Part shown: positions 1-13,748 of the stretch, piece after piece
How positions within the stretch are numbered: position 1 is the stretch's first letter
Layout of the letters: each line of letters opens with the position of its first letter
Source of the DNA: Octopus bimaculoides
Taxonomy: Eukaryota
DNA: 64,000 bases
Assembly: GCF_001194135.2 (NCBI RefSeq)
Contig: NC_068981.1
Span: forward strand, 181,778,968 to 181,842,967
Direction of reading: 5' to 3'
The notes under the pieces: model-generated
What the model saw: only the letters and a program-made list of their open reading frames with translations
Told to the model about the DNA's origin: nothing
Databases searched by the model: none
Position numbers and translations under genes: made by a program

Positions 1-479
1 ATATATATATATATATATATATATACATACATATATATATATATTGTATTAATATTTATTGAAGTTATAAGATAAAAGGTATATTCATTCAATAAATGGT
101 TGGTTTTTTTTATGTGTTTCTCTGTCTTTCTATTTTCTAGGTATATATCCATGTATCTATTTCTTGGAGGGATAGATGAAAAGCATGGTGTTTGTATGAT
201 GGCAAAAACGTGATGAGTATTGAGTTTATATTCTATCAATCGTGTGCTTTTCATGTAGACTGCATAAAGTTCCCGAAGGACTGTAAAACGGAAATGAAAA
301 CAGCAATTATCTTTGCAAGATGAAATGAATAAAAAATAAAAAAAAAGAAGCAAAAACAATGAAGAGTTGCTAGGGGATTGTTGAATGGAGGAAACATCAA
401 CTGATATTGTTGTAGTGACTCACAGAGACCTCAGATGTCATGATGTGATAGCATTGGACAGTGTTCATAGAGAAAGTAG

Positions 480-715
480 GAATATGATAATCACGGTCTG
501 GATCTGGATGGCGATGACAATTACGATGATGATTATGATGATGATGACGGTAATGAAGATAATGATGATTATGATGATGATTATGATGATCATGGTGATG
601 ATGATGGTGATGATGGTGATGATTACAATGATAATGATGATGATAGTGATGATTATGATGATGATGATGACAATGATGACGATGATGACAATGATGGTGA
701 TGTTGAAGATGATGG

Positions 716-748
<33 letters not shown>

Positions 749-858
749 CGATGATGNNNNNNNNNNTACAATGATAATGATGATGATAGTGATGATTATG
801 ATGATGATGATGACAATGATGACGATGATGACAATGATGGTGATGTTGAAGATGATGG

Positions 859-891
<33 letters not shown>

Positions 892-1165
892 CGATGATGG
901 TGATGATGAATGTGATGGAAATGTTGAAGAGTATGATGATGATGATGATGGTGATTGGTGGTAATGAAGATGATGACGATGACAATGATGATGATGATGA
1001 TAAGAGTGATAATGATGGCAGTCATCATCATCATTGTCAATATTCTCTTCCTCTTCCTCTTCCTTTTCCCCACCACTACCATCATGATCACATCATTATT
1101 TTTTCCACCATCATGATTCTCTTCCTCCTTCTTACACATCATCATCATCATCATCATCATTGCTA
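480..1165. repeat. (GAT)n/(CAT)n compound microsatellite field
   Basis: Directly visible; 624-756 is duplicated at 767-900 across a 10-N gap. Confidence 0.95.
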
Positions 1166-2195
1166 CAATCAGTGAACTTAACAACGGTACCATTGCCATG
1201 CTCTTTGGTCCAATCAGAAAAAGACGGGACAGTTTTGTATGGGATGCTTTTCATTACATATTTTCCTAATCAGACCAGACCTGGGGGGNNNNNNNNNNGG
1301 GGGGGGGGGGTTAACCAAGACCACCACCACCACCACCACCACCACCGCCGCCACCGCCAGCGCCACCATGATGACTCCTTAATAACTCCAGTCTTCAGAA
1401 TATCTATTTAAACATAACCATCATTTTCACCATCTCCATCATTATCTCATTTTTGTCATCACTGTAATCACAGTCTTTGTCATCATCATCATCATCAGAT
1501 CATTAGTAACCTCATTATCAGCATCATTATAATTTTCATCATCACCCTCATTATCTTAATTACCACCACTATCGTTATTGTCATCATTTATTAAGCATGC
1601 TGGTCGAAATGCTTATTAGTATTTCTTCTGTCTTTACATTCTGAGTTCAAATTCCACCGAGGTCAGCTTTGCCTCTCACTCTTTTGGGGTCGATAAAATA
1701 AGTATCAGTGGATCACTGGGGGTCGATTAATCGACTAATCCCCTCTACAAAATTTCAGGTCTTGTGCCTATCACAAAAAAGGATTATTATTAATATTATT
1801 GTTGTTGTTGTTGTTGCTGTTGTTATTATTGTCGTTGTTGTTGTTATTATTTTTGATTGATTTGATCCAAGTTCAGTATTGGCATAAGGAAGCAATACCT
1901 GAAGGTAAGAAGGCCAGATTATTGTGGTTAATCTTCATCGGTAATTCTTGCAGACTTGTAACAGGATAGGAACATAAATAGGAATGGATTCTCAGTTGAA
2001 GTTTTATTTTCTGTTTTGAGTCAGACTAATTCTACCAACCAAACTACTAACTCTTGTATTCTTTCTTTTACACTTATATATCTTTTATTCCTTGCACTGC
2101 AGCCATAACAAGGTACTGCCTTAACAAGTTTTGATTATTTCGTTTTTGGATTTGGTTCGCAAAATTCTTTATGTGAGTTCGTGTGCTGAAGTATA

Positions 2196-2465
2196 TTCTG
2201 TTGTGTCTGGGGAGAGTCATTTTCTTTTTGTGCCTTATAATTTAACACACTCACCGGTAAAATTTCCACTTATTTCTTATTTTTATTTTCCTAAAATCTT
2301 CGTTGCATCTTGCAGCTTTTTCAATAGTCAAGACTATTGAAAAGGTTGCAAGACACAATGAAAATTTTAGGAAAATAAAAATAAGAAATAAGTGGAAATT
2401 TTACCGGTGAGTGTGTTAAATTATAAGGCACAAAAAGAAAATGACTCTCACCAGACACAACAGAA
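2196..2465. repeat. 270-bp near-perfect palindrome (134-bp arms, 2-nt loop)
   Basis: Arms aligned by hand: 7 mismatches; centre atagtc-aa-gactat at 2330/2331. Confidence 0.95.
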
Positions 2466-3639
2466 GTTTTGATTAATCATATCAACTCCAATACTTATTT
2501 ATTTCTATTTGTCAAACTGCTAAGTCATGGGACACGCACATAGAGCACAGTTTTTCAAGCAGTGTCAGTATGAAGACAGATTTGGAAGCAGTCTTGGCAA
2601 CACGCAACTTTTGAGTCAAGAAAGATTAGTGTTTACTAGAGGATTAATGGGAATGTTTTAAGCTTTTCCCCATCTGGTTTAGATTTGGGATGGTGCTACC
2701 ATTGACAACTGATATTAGATTAATCTTGTTTTATCACTGATCAGATTTCCCTAGTCATTTAGGACTTGCTTGACCTGCTAGAAATAATGTCATTGACCGA
2801 CGTACTAAAAATGGTCTGACATCATAAAAAAGGAAGGAAGGACATACTAAATAATGTAGTTTTAAATACCTGTCATCCATCATCATCATCGTCACTTAGC
2901 GGCTGTTTTCCATACTGGCATGGGTTTGACTGTTTGACCGGAACTGGTAAGCTGGAGAGCTGCACCAGGCTCCAATCTGCTTTGGCTTGGTTTCTATGAC
3001 TAGATGCCCTTCCTAATGCCAACCACTCCACAGATTGTACTGGGTGCCTTTTATGTGTCACCATAACGAGTGCCTCTAACATGTCATTGGCATGGGTGCC
3101 TATTACATGCCACTGGCTAAACAGCAGTAGCAATCGTCCCTTCCATGACAGCCACTTTATGTTGGCAAATGGCCTTTACTTTAAAGAACATTTACTGAAT
3201 ATCTCTCTTTGAGAGATTTAGAAATAATTATATTTCTATTTTATATATATATGCAAATGTGGAGGAGGAGATTGGGAGGGTTGGCTTGAGAAGGGCGGAC
3301 ACCCAAAACTGGGCAAGATGGCGAGATGGTGTGATGGCAGTTGCTATGGCACTGATGTAGGTCTGGCCACCCCCGTTAATGGTGACAAAACCCGCATTCA
3401 AAGTGATGGATGGATATATAGATATTAAACGATGATGATGATGATATATATATATATATATTCATATGTATACACACACATACATGTTTGTTGTTTGATA
3501 GACTGGGAGATTATTACCAAACTTGGGAAAAGGTGTGGGTTGGTAACAAGAAGTGTATTTGGTTAAGAAAAACTCTGTTCCAATATATTCTCCTCTGACC
3601 CATGCAAGCATGGAAAAGTAGATGTTAAATGGTGATGCT

Positions 3640-3850
3640 GAAGCTGATGATAATGACAACGATGTTGATGATGATGATAACAGTGATAAAAACAATGATG
3701 ATGATGACGACGACGACGACAACGATGACGATGACAACGACGACGATGACAACGACGACGATGACAACGACGACAATGACAACGACGACGATGACAACGA
3801 CGACGATGACAACGACGACGATGACAACGACGACGATGACAACCATGATG
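3640..3850. repeat. (GAT/GAC/AAC) compound repeat with a 15-bp period (gacgacgatgacaac)
   Basis: Directly visible. Confidence 0.9.
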
Positions 3851-4605
3851 GTAAATGAACCCATTAAGATTTCAAGTCACAAATATTTTGCATGGAAATG
3901 AATAAAAAAAAAAAAAGTACGATAAAACATGCAATGATTAAAAAACAAGTTATGAAAAGGAAATAAAACATGAAAACTTAATAGCTAGGTCAGGTTTAGA
4001 CACTGCCAACATCTTTGCCTGTCTAGCATTGTATTTTTGTCTTGTGCAGCCAAAAGCACCATTTAACATTTTCTGAGTTGGTTGGCAGTTGCAAAACACC
4101 CACATCCTTCAGGTTAGCATTGTTTCAGTATGTTACATAGTCTCGGTTGCATTTTCACACACAATCTATCTTATAATGTTATATTTATTCCAAACCTAAC
4201 TGCACCTGTGTTATTTTTACTTCATTGGAATATCCATGGCGCCACAGATATGGGATTTTATCTATCAGTTGTCAGTTTGATTTTTGAAGAACGTTGAATC
4301 TCAGCACTTCCTCTTCATCTTTTTCGTTATTTTTCTGAGGAGGGGCATCGCTTGTGTTTTGAACAAATTGTTCCTCTTCACCTGTTTTAATTGTTTTGTA
4401 TTGACCTTTCATTTTTGTTTTTAGTTTTTAAAATTTTTTTCTTCTTCTTCTTTTATTTTCCTTATGTATTTTTCTTGACAGTTTTGTACGCTTTCCTCAG
4501 CAACCATTTTCTTTCCTTCATCACACAATAATACAATGATACACTCCATGCCACCGTTGGATTATTTCAGCAGGCCTATTGAACTGCATAATTTTTACCA
4601 TTCTT

Positions 4606-4867
<262 letters not shown>

Positions 4868-4875
<8 letters not shown>

Positions 4876-5330
4876 TGACACATGAGTATTCCTCGTGATC
4901 ATAATATCTCAGTAAAAGAATCTGACAAGCTCAGATTTGCTAATTGAAATTGAAAACATGTGGCATCTCAAGGCAGTTACAATAGCATTGATTGCAAGAG
5001 CATTTGGAATGATCAACAAAGGAACAGCAAATTGTTTGAGAATGATGCCTACATTACCATCCAAGCAAAAAGTGCAAAATATTCTTTTCTGCTCTAGGCA
5101 CAAGGCCAGTCAATTAGATTGACCCCAGTATGCAACTGGTACTTCATTTATCGACCCCGAAAGGATGAAAGGCAAAGTTGACCTCAGCGGAATTTGGACT
5201 CAAAACATAAAGACAGATGAAATACCGCTAAGCATTTTGCCCAATGTGCTAACGTTTCTGCCAGCTAAAGTGCAAAATATTGTTGTAATTGGTATGTCAC
5301 ATGTATTGAGAAGAGCATTGTCACTGTAAG
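4868..5330 (+). mobile_element. R4/Dong-clade LINE remnant: C-terminal restriction-like endonuclease region, interrupted by a SINE
   Basis: Broken frames read SIPRDHNISVKESDKL..LLIEIENMWHLKAVTIALIARAFGMI...KVQN|IVVIGMSHVLRRALSL*, matching the recalled PD..(D/E)xK RLE C-terminus. The fragment starts immediately after an (AAT)n/(GAT)n array. Confidence 0.75.
5084..5266 (-). mobile_element. SINE family S1 with a 15-bp target-site duplication
   Basis: aaagtgcaaaatatt occurs at 5069-5083 and 5267-5281, flanking the S1 body (gctggcagaaacgttagca...tcggggtcgataaatgaagtacc). Confidence 0.85.
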
Positions 5331-5439
5331 AATGATTACAACCCATGTAGACATTTTTAAAGACTTTCTTTTTACTTTTTCTGTTTTTTTTCTTTTTTCT
5401 CAATTTATTTTCACATAACTTAACTTTGTAAATGATCAA

Positions 5440-5940
5440 TCTGGTGTGACTATCTTAAAGACCTATCAATGTATGCAGTAAGTTTCTTTGCCCTGAGTGT
5501 CAAAAAGACATTTGGCAAGAAATGGGAACAAAATTGATAGAAGAAAAACTTGTAATAATAACAAAATGTACTCCATCCTAAATGAAATACTGACCAACTC
5601 TATCTGCCAAGAAGGGAAGGTGATAGAGAATTATTAAATGCAGGAAACGCTGTTGGTATTGTGATATTGGACCTGAAAAATTATGCTGTACTAAGTAAAG
5701 AAAGAATACTTTTGGCAATTGGAGATACTCAAAAAGTGACTGAAACAGTAAGAGAATTCAAAGAGAAAAGGAAGAACAACAGAATGAACAAATGGAAAGA
5801 TTTGGAGCAGCATGGCAATTCATGCAACAAGCTGAAAATGCTGGAAGTGAAGTCCACTGGATTCAGTTGACAAATGGGAACTTGAAACGAGAAGCAGAAA
5901 TGTTAATTATAGCCTCGAGATAAAATACCTGCAAGCTAAA
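5440..5940 (+). mobile_element. R4/Dong-clade LINE remnant (post-RT region)
   Basis: Fragments resembling HP..D.D.LYLPRREG.R.L, KEKRK..RMNKWKDLEQHG and WIQLTNGNLKREAEMLIIA, with stops and frameshifts. Confidence 0.7.
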
Positions 5941-6231
5941 TTAGCATGCTCTAATGTAATAATAATGTTGATGGTTTCAAATTTTGGCACAATTTCAAGG
6001 AAGGGAGTGAGTTGATTACATTGATCCTCCCCCCACCCCCAGTGATCAACTGATCCTTTTTTTTATCGACCCTGAAAGGATGAAAGGTAAAAGATGAAAG
6101 GACATAAAAATGGACAAAATGCAGTTAAGCATTTTGCCCAATGTGCTAATGTTTCTGCTTGCTTGCCACCTTAATAACGTCAATAATAAAAATAATGATG
6201 ATGATGATAATAATAATAATAATAATAATAA

Positions 6232-6787
6232 ATGCCCGGATGCAGTACCAGGCAGTGGCTCTCATGGCTTCTGCTCTTAACTGATTGGAAGTGTAATCAT
6301 GTACATTGTTTTGTTTTGGTATAAAAGATGGGCTACAGCAAATATTCTGCTCAATACCACAGATTTGCTTGTCAGTTGTTTGACCTTAAATCAGTTGAGC
6401 ATGTCCCTTGGTGGCTGACGATATGTGCATCTCTAATCATGAGCAGAAGTAATGGGGGAGTATCATAGCCATGTGTTGAGAGGAATTCATTGGGGTTTGG
6501 ATAATACACCTTTGGAAACGTGGGTGTTTTGCTTAACATCCTTAAACAAACCTTATTCAGGGACCTTTTGAGCGGGATGGGCTACTCGACCTGAAAGAAA
6601 TTCTAATTGGGCCCCACCTGCGAGGTCATGCACCGTTTATCTTGATATTGATCACCATGTTGCACACATATGGTTGTGATGCATGTGTCTGGTGTACCCT
6701 TATCAGACGGGTAGTCATGATGGGTATAATGGGCTTCGTATATTTTACCCCAGTATTACTTTGATGGCATGCACTGCTCTCTCACTC
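6232..6787. mobile_element. Unclassified ~555-bp interspersed element embedded in (AAT)n on both sides
   Basis: A non-coding complex sequence bracketed by (AAT)n arrays at ~6185-6231 and 6788-6845. It resembles a common octopus repeat (recalled). Orientation is uncertain. Confidence 0.55.
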
Positions 6788-6827
<40 letters not shown>

Positions 6828-8439
6828 GTAATAATAATAATAATTTATTTCTTTATTGCCCACAAGAGGCTAAACATAGAGGGGATAAACAAGGACAGAC
6901 AAAGGGATTAAGTTGATTACATCGACCCCAGTGCAGAACTTTGGAATTGGAATTGGAATTTTTCTTTTTTCATCATTTAATGTCCATCTTCCTACATACG
7001 GCGTCAAGTAAAAGCACCCATGCAGCACCATGTAGAAGTGCCCATGTGGTGCCACATAGAAAGCACCCAAGCATACTCTGTAAAGTGGTTGGCATTAGGA
7101 AGGGCATCCAGCCATAGAATCCATGCCAAATTAGACTGGAATCTAGAGCATCTCCTCAGCTTGCCAGTTCTGGTCAAACAATCCAGCCCATGCCAACATG
7201 GACAACAGACATTAAATGATGATGATGATACATACACATACACAGAATGGGATTCCTTCAGTTTCCATCTACCACTCACAAGGCTTTGTACTGGGGCTAC
7301 AGTAGATGACACTTTCCCAAAGTGCTTTGCAATAGGAGTGAACCTGGAACCATGTGGTAGCAGCATGATGATGGTGGTGATGGTGGTGGTGGTGGTGGTG
7401 GAGGGTACCCGTGGTGGTTATAATTAAGTACATAGTATATATACATGGATTCTATGGTCAAGGAGTCAAAACCACAACCTTATGATCATGAGTGCATTGT
7501 CCTAACCACCTTGCCATGTACCATTACAGATTTGACTGTTATTTCTAGCACATTAAGTGGCCATGTAAAGGCTCATATTTTGTTGCTCTTGTTATTATAA
7601 TTTAGCTCCAGCCAACCCTGAACGAGCAGACCTATGATCAAAAAGATATACAATAATAGAATATAACACACACACAAAACACAACACACACATAATACCC
7701 CCCCCCCCCCACACACACAATAACCCACCCCAGCTACATACACACAAGAAACAGACAGAGAGACAGACAATCACACACACACACACACACATAAATACAT
7801 AAATGCTTCTACTCTAACACATAATAACACACATACACACATTCACACACATGTAGACATATACAAACATGCACAAACATAAACAATACACATACTTGTA
7901 TACACAATGTTTCTCTCCACCACATACAGTAACACACACATGCACACATATACACATCACAGCATGTTCCTTATTTATGCCAAAACATGAACTGATGCCA
8001 ACATAGCCAAGATGTGAAATAGTGCCAAGAGATCAGCTGGCATTGGTTACCTTGTAAGAATTGGTAAAAATTAACAATTGGTTCTTCATCCAACTGTCTC
8101 TTATCTTTGGTGCCATTGAAAAACATTTTTCAAACACGACAGAAGTGTGGCTCTTTATAATAGTACAAAGACTGATTGAGGTATTGATGTGTTAAAAAAC
8201 AAAGATGCTACTGCTGCTGTTGTTGATGATGATGATGATGTATATGTGTGTGAGTATGATATATGTATGTATTTATGATATATGTAGGGAAGTAGGTACG
8301 AATGTATGTATGACTGCATGTATGTTTGATGTATATTTGTATGTATGTGTGTATATATGTATACATGTATATATGGTCTTCCTCGGTCACGAGTGGACAG
8401 CCATCATCATATATGTAAGTATACATATATATGAGTATG

Positions 8440-9850
8440 CATGCTTTATAGTTTTCTTTCTGTTGGTTTTGAGGAAGAGCTGTGCCCAGCACCGCCTTCG
8501 TAAGCCTTTCAATGCCCAAGGGAGATTGGTGTTGTTCACAATCTGCTTGAACTGTTGTAAGTCAATGACAACAAGAAAAACAGAAGGATGACATTGTGAC
8601 ATTAGTGAATGTTGTATCTCATGGGAAGGTTAGTATCTTTTGGACACTCTTGGACAAGATACTTTCAAATTAGACTGGTATAGCACAATCAATATCTTCT
8701 ATCACAACATGGAAGTTCAGAAACCTCATCATCTTGTTGGATAGATATGTATTAGCTGTCTTTTGTTCCTGAACAGCAAAGATGTAATCTTTTAGGTGAC
8801 ATGTGATGCATCTATCACAAATTCTGAAGAGGTAGCTATTCTTATTGACATTTTCGGTATTCTCTAGCTTGCAGGATATGTAACCATGCATAATTTTCTG
8901 CTGCTTTGATGACTTTCTTTTCAATGTTTCTCAGTGCAGGAACAGCTGAACACTCAGAATAGCTATTCAGGAGTTCTTTGCTTAATCTCTTAATCTGAGG
9001 TTGTCAATACATTTAATGTTGGGTAATATATGTGACATACTCAATACTCTCTATTGTTCAGAAGGTGTTGTCTAATTGACATCATGTGACAAAGCCTCTT
9101 CTTCCATACATCTGGTTAATACAGATCCTATCAATATCACTGTTACAAGAAGTCATTAGCGTCTTCCTAGTTCTGCAGTCCAAATTGTAGATATCTTCTA
9201 ATGTCCCAAATGTCAACATTGCGAAAGTATTGTAGGTTATGATCTTATTGAATGCTGACAGTTCTAAAGTCAATGCCTTCTGGAGTCTGCTGAAATATTC
9301 TTTTGTCACTCTAGCTTTATTCACAATGCCAACATATATGATAACCCCATCAATTCTGAGGTATTTTAACATTCATCATTGGTGATAGATGAGTTGGTCA
9401 GGTGATTGGTGTCAATATTCCTTGCCTAGTTGACCATTTTTTATCTTGTTTGATTACCAAATATGAACACTTATCCAAACCAAATAATATTCCTGTACTC
9501 TGTGAGAATGTTGTGACTGGTTTTAATTGGTTCTAGATATTACTTGATACATCTTAAGATCAGGAACGACAATAATGTCAGTGACATTAATTTTTTTCTT
9601 CTCTGCAGATCCCATCATGTAGCCATTGTGTTTGATTACCAGAGCTACTAAGAATCCCAGTGATAGGATGAAAAGAATTACAGATAAACTACCATTCTGG
9701 AATATTCTCATTCAATGCCTAATTCTGTAACTGACAGTAGTAGTTTCAGCTCTTGTGGACCTTGCTCTTATCAGTTTCTTAACGACACCAACAACAACAG
9801 TCAGAAACTTGGCACAGCACAAAGTCAAATGTCTTCTTGTAGCTAACCAT
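8440..9850 (-). mobile_element. R4/Dong-clade LINE remnant (RT through zinc knuckle), highly decayed
   Basis: Minus-strand frames RIFQNGSLSVILFILSL...KINVTDIIVVPDLKMY (RT core), LKYLRI...KEYFSRLQKALTLELSAFNKIITYNTFAM...LDCRTRK..SDIDRI...GRRG, DYIFAVQEQ and SQCHP...LPW. Confidence 0.8.
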
Positions 9851-10051
9851 ACAGTATGTATGTATGTATGTATGTATGTATGTATGTATGTATGTATGTA
9901 TGTATGTATGTATGTATATATGTATGTATATGTGCAGACTTGTATGTTTTGCTTTATGTATGTATTCTTATGCATACGGTTGCATATCTAGACATCTCAT
10001 ATATATTTAAATGATAAACTTCTGGAAAGCTTTACAGATTTTTACAGTTCC

Positions 10052-10082
<31 letters not shown>

Positions 10083-10281
10083 TGTATGTATGTATGTATG
10101 GATGGATGGATGGATGAATTGACAGATGTATATATGGATGTATGTATCCGTGCATGTATGCATGAATATATGTATGTATACATGTTATATATAGATGTGC
10201 ATAAATATAGAAGAAGAAGAAGAAGAAGAAGAAGAAGAAGAAGAAGAAGAAGAAGAAGAAGAAGAAGAAGAAGAAGAAGGC

Positions 10282-10602
10282 GCATTCTGTCGGTTATGAC
10301 GATGAGGGTCCCAGCTGATACAACCAACGGAACAGCTTGCTCATGAAATTAACGTGCAAGTGGCTGAGCACTCCACAGACATGTGTACCCTTAATGTAGT
10401 TCTCAGGGAGATTCAGTGTGACACAGAGTGTGACAAGGCTGACGCTTTGAAATACAGGTACTACTCATTTTTGCCAGCTGAGTGAACTGGAGCAACGTGA
10501 AATAAAGTGTCTTGCTCAAGGACACAACGTGTCGCTGGGAATTGAACTCACGACCTTACGTTCATGAGCGGAATGCCCTAACCACTAAGCCACATGCCTT
10601 CA
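10282..10602 (-). mobile_element. SINE family S3 copy next to a (GAA)n tract
   Basis: Reverse complement of the S3 head and body; the (GAA)n tract at 10210-10278 is at its 3' end. Confidence 0.8.
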
Positions 10603-11016
10603 CGCATAAATATAAGTGTACATATGTATGTATAGTATTTCAAGAACTGGCTTATATATTGCTGTGCATTTGTGTCTAAATATGTAAGTATGTATGCACA
10701 CATGTATGTCCCTATATATGAAGGTGTACATGTATGTGTGTGTAAATATATATATATATATATATGAATGTATGCATTCATATATGTATATATGTGTTTA
10801 TGTATGCATCCATGTATTTATTTAAGCATTAATAGATGTGCAGTTGTCTATAAATAGACACACCATTTCTCGTAATAATTTATGTATGGCGGTGCTTATA
10901 TGAAAATGGTTAACTTGCTTATTTTAGAAGCCAAATTTCCTGGAAAAATAACCCACAACATTTCCTGCTGTCTGCAGAGTTGGAATCACATGTTCTGTTT
11001 CTTAAACCTTCCAGCT

Positions 11017-11470
11017 CATCATCACCATCATCATCATCATCATTGTTTAACGTCCGCTTTCCATGCTAGCATGGGTTGGACAATTTGACTGAGGACTAGT
11101 GAAACCAGATGGCTACACCAGGCTCCAATCTAATTTGGCAGAGTTTCTACAGCTGGATGCCCTTCCTAACGCCAACCACTCCGAGAGTGTAGTGGGTGCT
11201 TTTACATGTCACCAGCACGAAGGCCAGTCAGGTGGTACTGGCAATGGTCACGCTCGAAATGGTGTATTTTATGTGCCACCCGCACAAGAGCCAGTCCAGG
11301 GGCACTGGCAATGATCTCGCTCGAAAATCCTTACACATGTCATGGGCACAAGTGCCAGAAAGGCGACGCTGGGCACAGGTGCCATCCCGATTTCGCTTTT
11401 GCTTGCCTCAATAAGTCTTCGCAAGCTGAGTTTCGTGTCCAATGAAGGAGACGACGTTGGCATGGGTGCC
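11017..11470 (-). mobile_element. RTE-type 3' UTR/tail element (well-preserved copy)
   Basis: The reverse complement ends ...gtggttggcgttaggaagggcatccagctgtagaaac...catggaaagcggacgttaaac(gat)n. Related tails occur at ~2873-3125, 7000-7230, 11478-11760, 14320-14480, 19240-19570, 21400-21660, 24389-24760, 38930-39135, 44830-44980, 49800-49975, 51990-52177 and 60920-61195. Confidence 0.8.
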
Positions 11471-12574
11471 AGTTGATCATCCTTTAACGTCCACCTTCCA
11501 TGCTGGCATGGGTAGGACGGTTTGACAAGAGCTGGCCAGGCAGCAGCCTGTACCAGACTTCTGTAACAGTTTTGGCAGGGTTTTTACAGCTGAACGCCCT
11601 TCCTAACACCAACCACTCATCAGAGTGGATTTAGTGCTTTTTAAGTGGCACAAGCACAGGCAAGGTCAGTTTTGGCAAGGGTTTTACAGCTGGATGCCCT
11701 TTCAAATGCCAACCACTTTACATTGTGGACAAGGTGCTTTTAAGTGGCACTGCTCTGACAGGGTCACTGAGTACTTGCAAGACAACAAAAGAAAAAATCT
11801 ATTTTGAGAGAGGAGGGGGCATTGGAGGAGGTGATCTTGTGTCAGATGATGAAAGGTTTATAGTGAGACAGAAAGACAGAAACAGGTGTATTGCTGCAGA
11901 GAAGGTACAAGGTTACCCGAAGAGAGAGAGAGAGAGATCAGGAATGAAGACAGATTCCTAATTATTCTTTAAATTCCAATTCCAAAGATTTGTGTATCAG
12001 GATCATATCTCTGGTTTCCGAAAGCATATTGTAAATGATCCCTTTGAAGTCATGTAAGACAGACATATAAAGATCCCTTACTTGGGAAAAAAAATGTGGG
12101 TTGCCAGCTGAGTGGAGTGGACTGGAGCAATGTGAAATGAAGCGTCTTGCTTGAGGTCACAATGTGCACCTGGGAATCGAACTCGTGACCTCACAATCGT
12201 GAGTCAAATGCCCTAACCACTAAGCCATGTACCTTCACAACAACAATAACAGCAATAACTAGTATTCTGTTGGTTATGACAATGAATGTTCCAGTTGACC
12301 CAATGATCAGATCAGCCTGCTCATGAGATTAACCTGCAAGTGACTGAGTACTCCACAGACATGCATATGCTAAATGTAGTTCTCAGGGAGGCTCACAGAG
12401 TGTGATAGGGCTGGCCCTTTGAATTACAGGTACAACTCATTTTTGAAAGTTGAGTGGACTGGAGCAGCATGAAGTTAAGTGTCTTGCTGAAGGTCATAAT
12501 GTGCTGCTGGGAATCGAACTCGTGACCTTACGATTGTGAATCAAATACCCTAACCACTAAGCCACAAGCATTCA

Positions 12575-12940
12575 CAACAACAACAACAACTGCAAGGGTT
12601 AAAGCAACAACAACAACTTCAGCCACAACAGCAGCATCAACGGCGATAACAACAGCCACAATGGTAACAACATCTACTGCAGCAGCAGCAGCAGCAGCAG
12701 CGACAACAATAACAAGAGCTGGAGCAACAACAAAAACAACAACAACAACAACTATAATATCGACTACAACAAAAACAACGACCACTATAATAATGACTAC
12801 AACAAAAACAACAGCAATAATGACTGCAGCAGCAATAATAACAACAGGAATAGCAAAGGATATGACAGCAACAACAATTACAACAACAACCACAACAAAA
12901 TCACCATTGACAACTGCAACAACAACAACAAATAATGACC
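12575..12940. repeat. (CAA/CAG)n degenerate microsatellite
   Basis: Directly visible. Confidence 0.9.
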
Positions 12941-13156
12941 CCAAAAAAAAAAATAAATAAAAGAACCCTACATGAATAGTAAGAGTTAATGTATTTACTG
13001 AGTTAAGGCAATAACAATATGATACCAATTTAGTTCTACTAACCTAGCGAATAGAAAGACCGAATGAAGAAAGAAAGAGAAAAATAAGAAGAAAAAAGAA
13101 AGAAAGGAAACGTCTGCTTGTGTAATAGACATTGATTAGAACATTAACCTTATTTA

Positions 13157-13199
<43 letters not shown>

Positions 13200-13409
13200 A
13201 TCTGATATTTACGTTAGTTCTCCATCTGTATATTTTCCAAGAATCTTAAAATCTTGTACACATTTGTATATAAACATAGGCACACGAAACACATAAATAC
13301 AACATCACGTTTTTGTGCATGAGTGTGCATGTGTCTGTATGTAGATGTGTGTGTGTATGTGTAAGTGTGTGTCTATATAAATACACATATGTATATATAT
13401 GGATATAGT

Positions 13410-13748
13410 GGAGGCGCAATGGCCCAGTGGTTAGGGCAGCGGACTTGCAGTTGTAGGATTGCGGTCTTGATTCCCAGACCGGAGTGTTTATTGAGCGAAA
13501 ACACCTAAATCTCCACGAGGCTCTGGCAGGGGATGGTGGCAAACCCTGCTGTACTCTTTCACCACGACTTTCTCTCACTCTTTCTTCCTGTTTCTGTTGT
13601 ACCTGTATTTCAAATGGCCAGCCTTGTCACACTGTGTCACACTGAATCTCCCCGAGAACTATGTTATGGGTACACATTTCTGTGGAGTGCTCAGCCATTT
13701 GCACGTTAATTTCACGAGCAGGCTGTTCTGTTGATCGGATCAACTGGA
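13410..13748 (+). mobile_element. tRNA-derived SINE, family S3 (ggaggcgcaatggcccagtggttag head), truncated by a gap
   Basis: A-box tggcccagtggttag, B-box-like ggtcttgattccc and a body shared with copies at 10282-10602(-), 12098-12237(-), 12265-12572(-), 16540-16625(+), 31200-31385(-) and 54130-54370(+). Confidence 0.82.

Noticed and set aside
141-323. Possible selenoprotein frame (VYIHVSISWRDR-UGA-KAWCLY...FAR)
   Set aside because: No recognisable selenoprotein family motif and no SECIS identified; two short open stretches are expected by chance.
624-900. Apparent ~135-bp tandem duplication
   Set aside because: Identical copies abut a 10-N gap; typical unmerged contig overlap.
385-1199. Long ORFs rich in Met, His, Ile or Ser
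   Set aside because: Translations of (GAT)n/(CAT)n microsatellite, open in several frames on both strands and spanning a gap.
1283-1310. Poly-G run / G-quadruplex
   Set aside because: Interrupted by an N-gap; homopolymer length is unreliable.
3462-3901. Poly-Asp/Asn (NDDDD)n acidic ORF resembling a biomineralisation protein
   Set aside because: Pure 15-bp-period simple repeat, open in four frames, with no signal peptide or splice context.
12528-13028. Thr/Ala-rich mucin-like ORF and its Val-rich antisense ORF
   Set aside because: (CAA/CAG)n microsatellite next to SINEs.
13410-13485. tRNA gene (also the heads at 16782, 48919 and 59333)
   Set aside because: The A/B boxes continue into SINE bodies and no complete cloverleaf acceptor stem is present.
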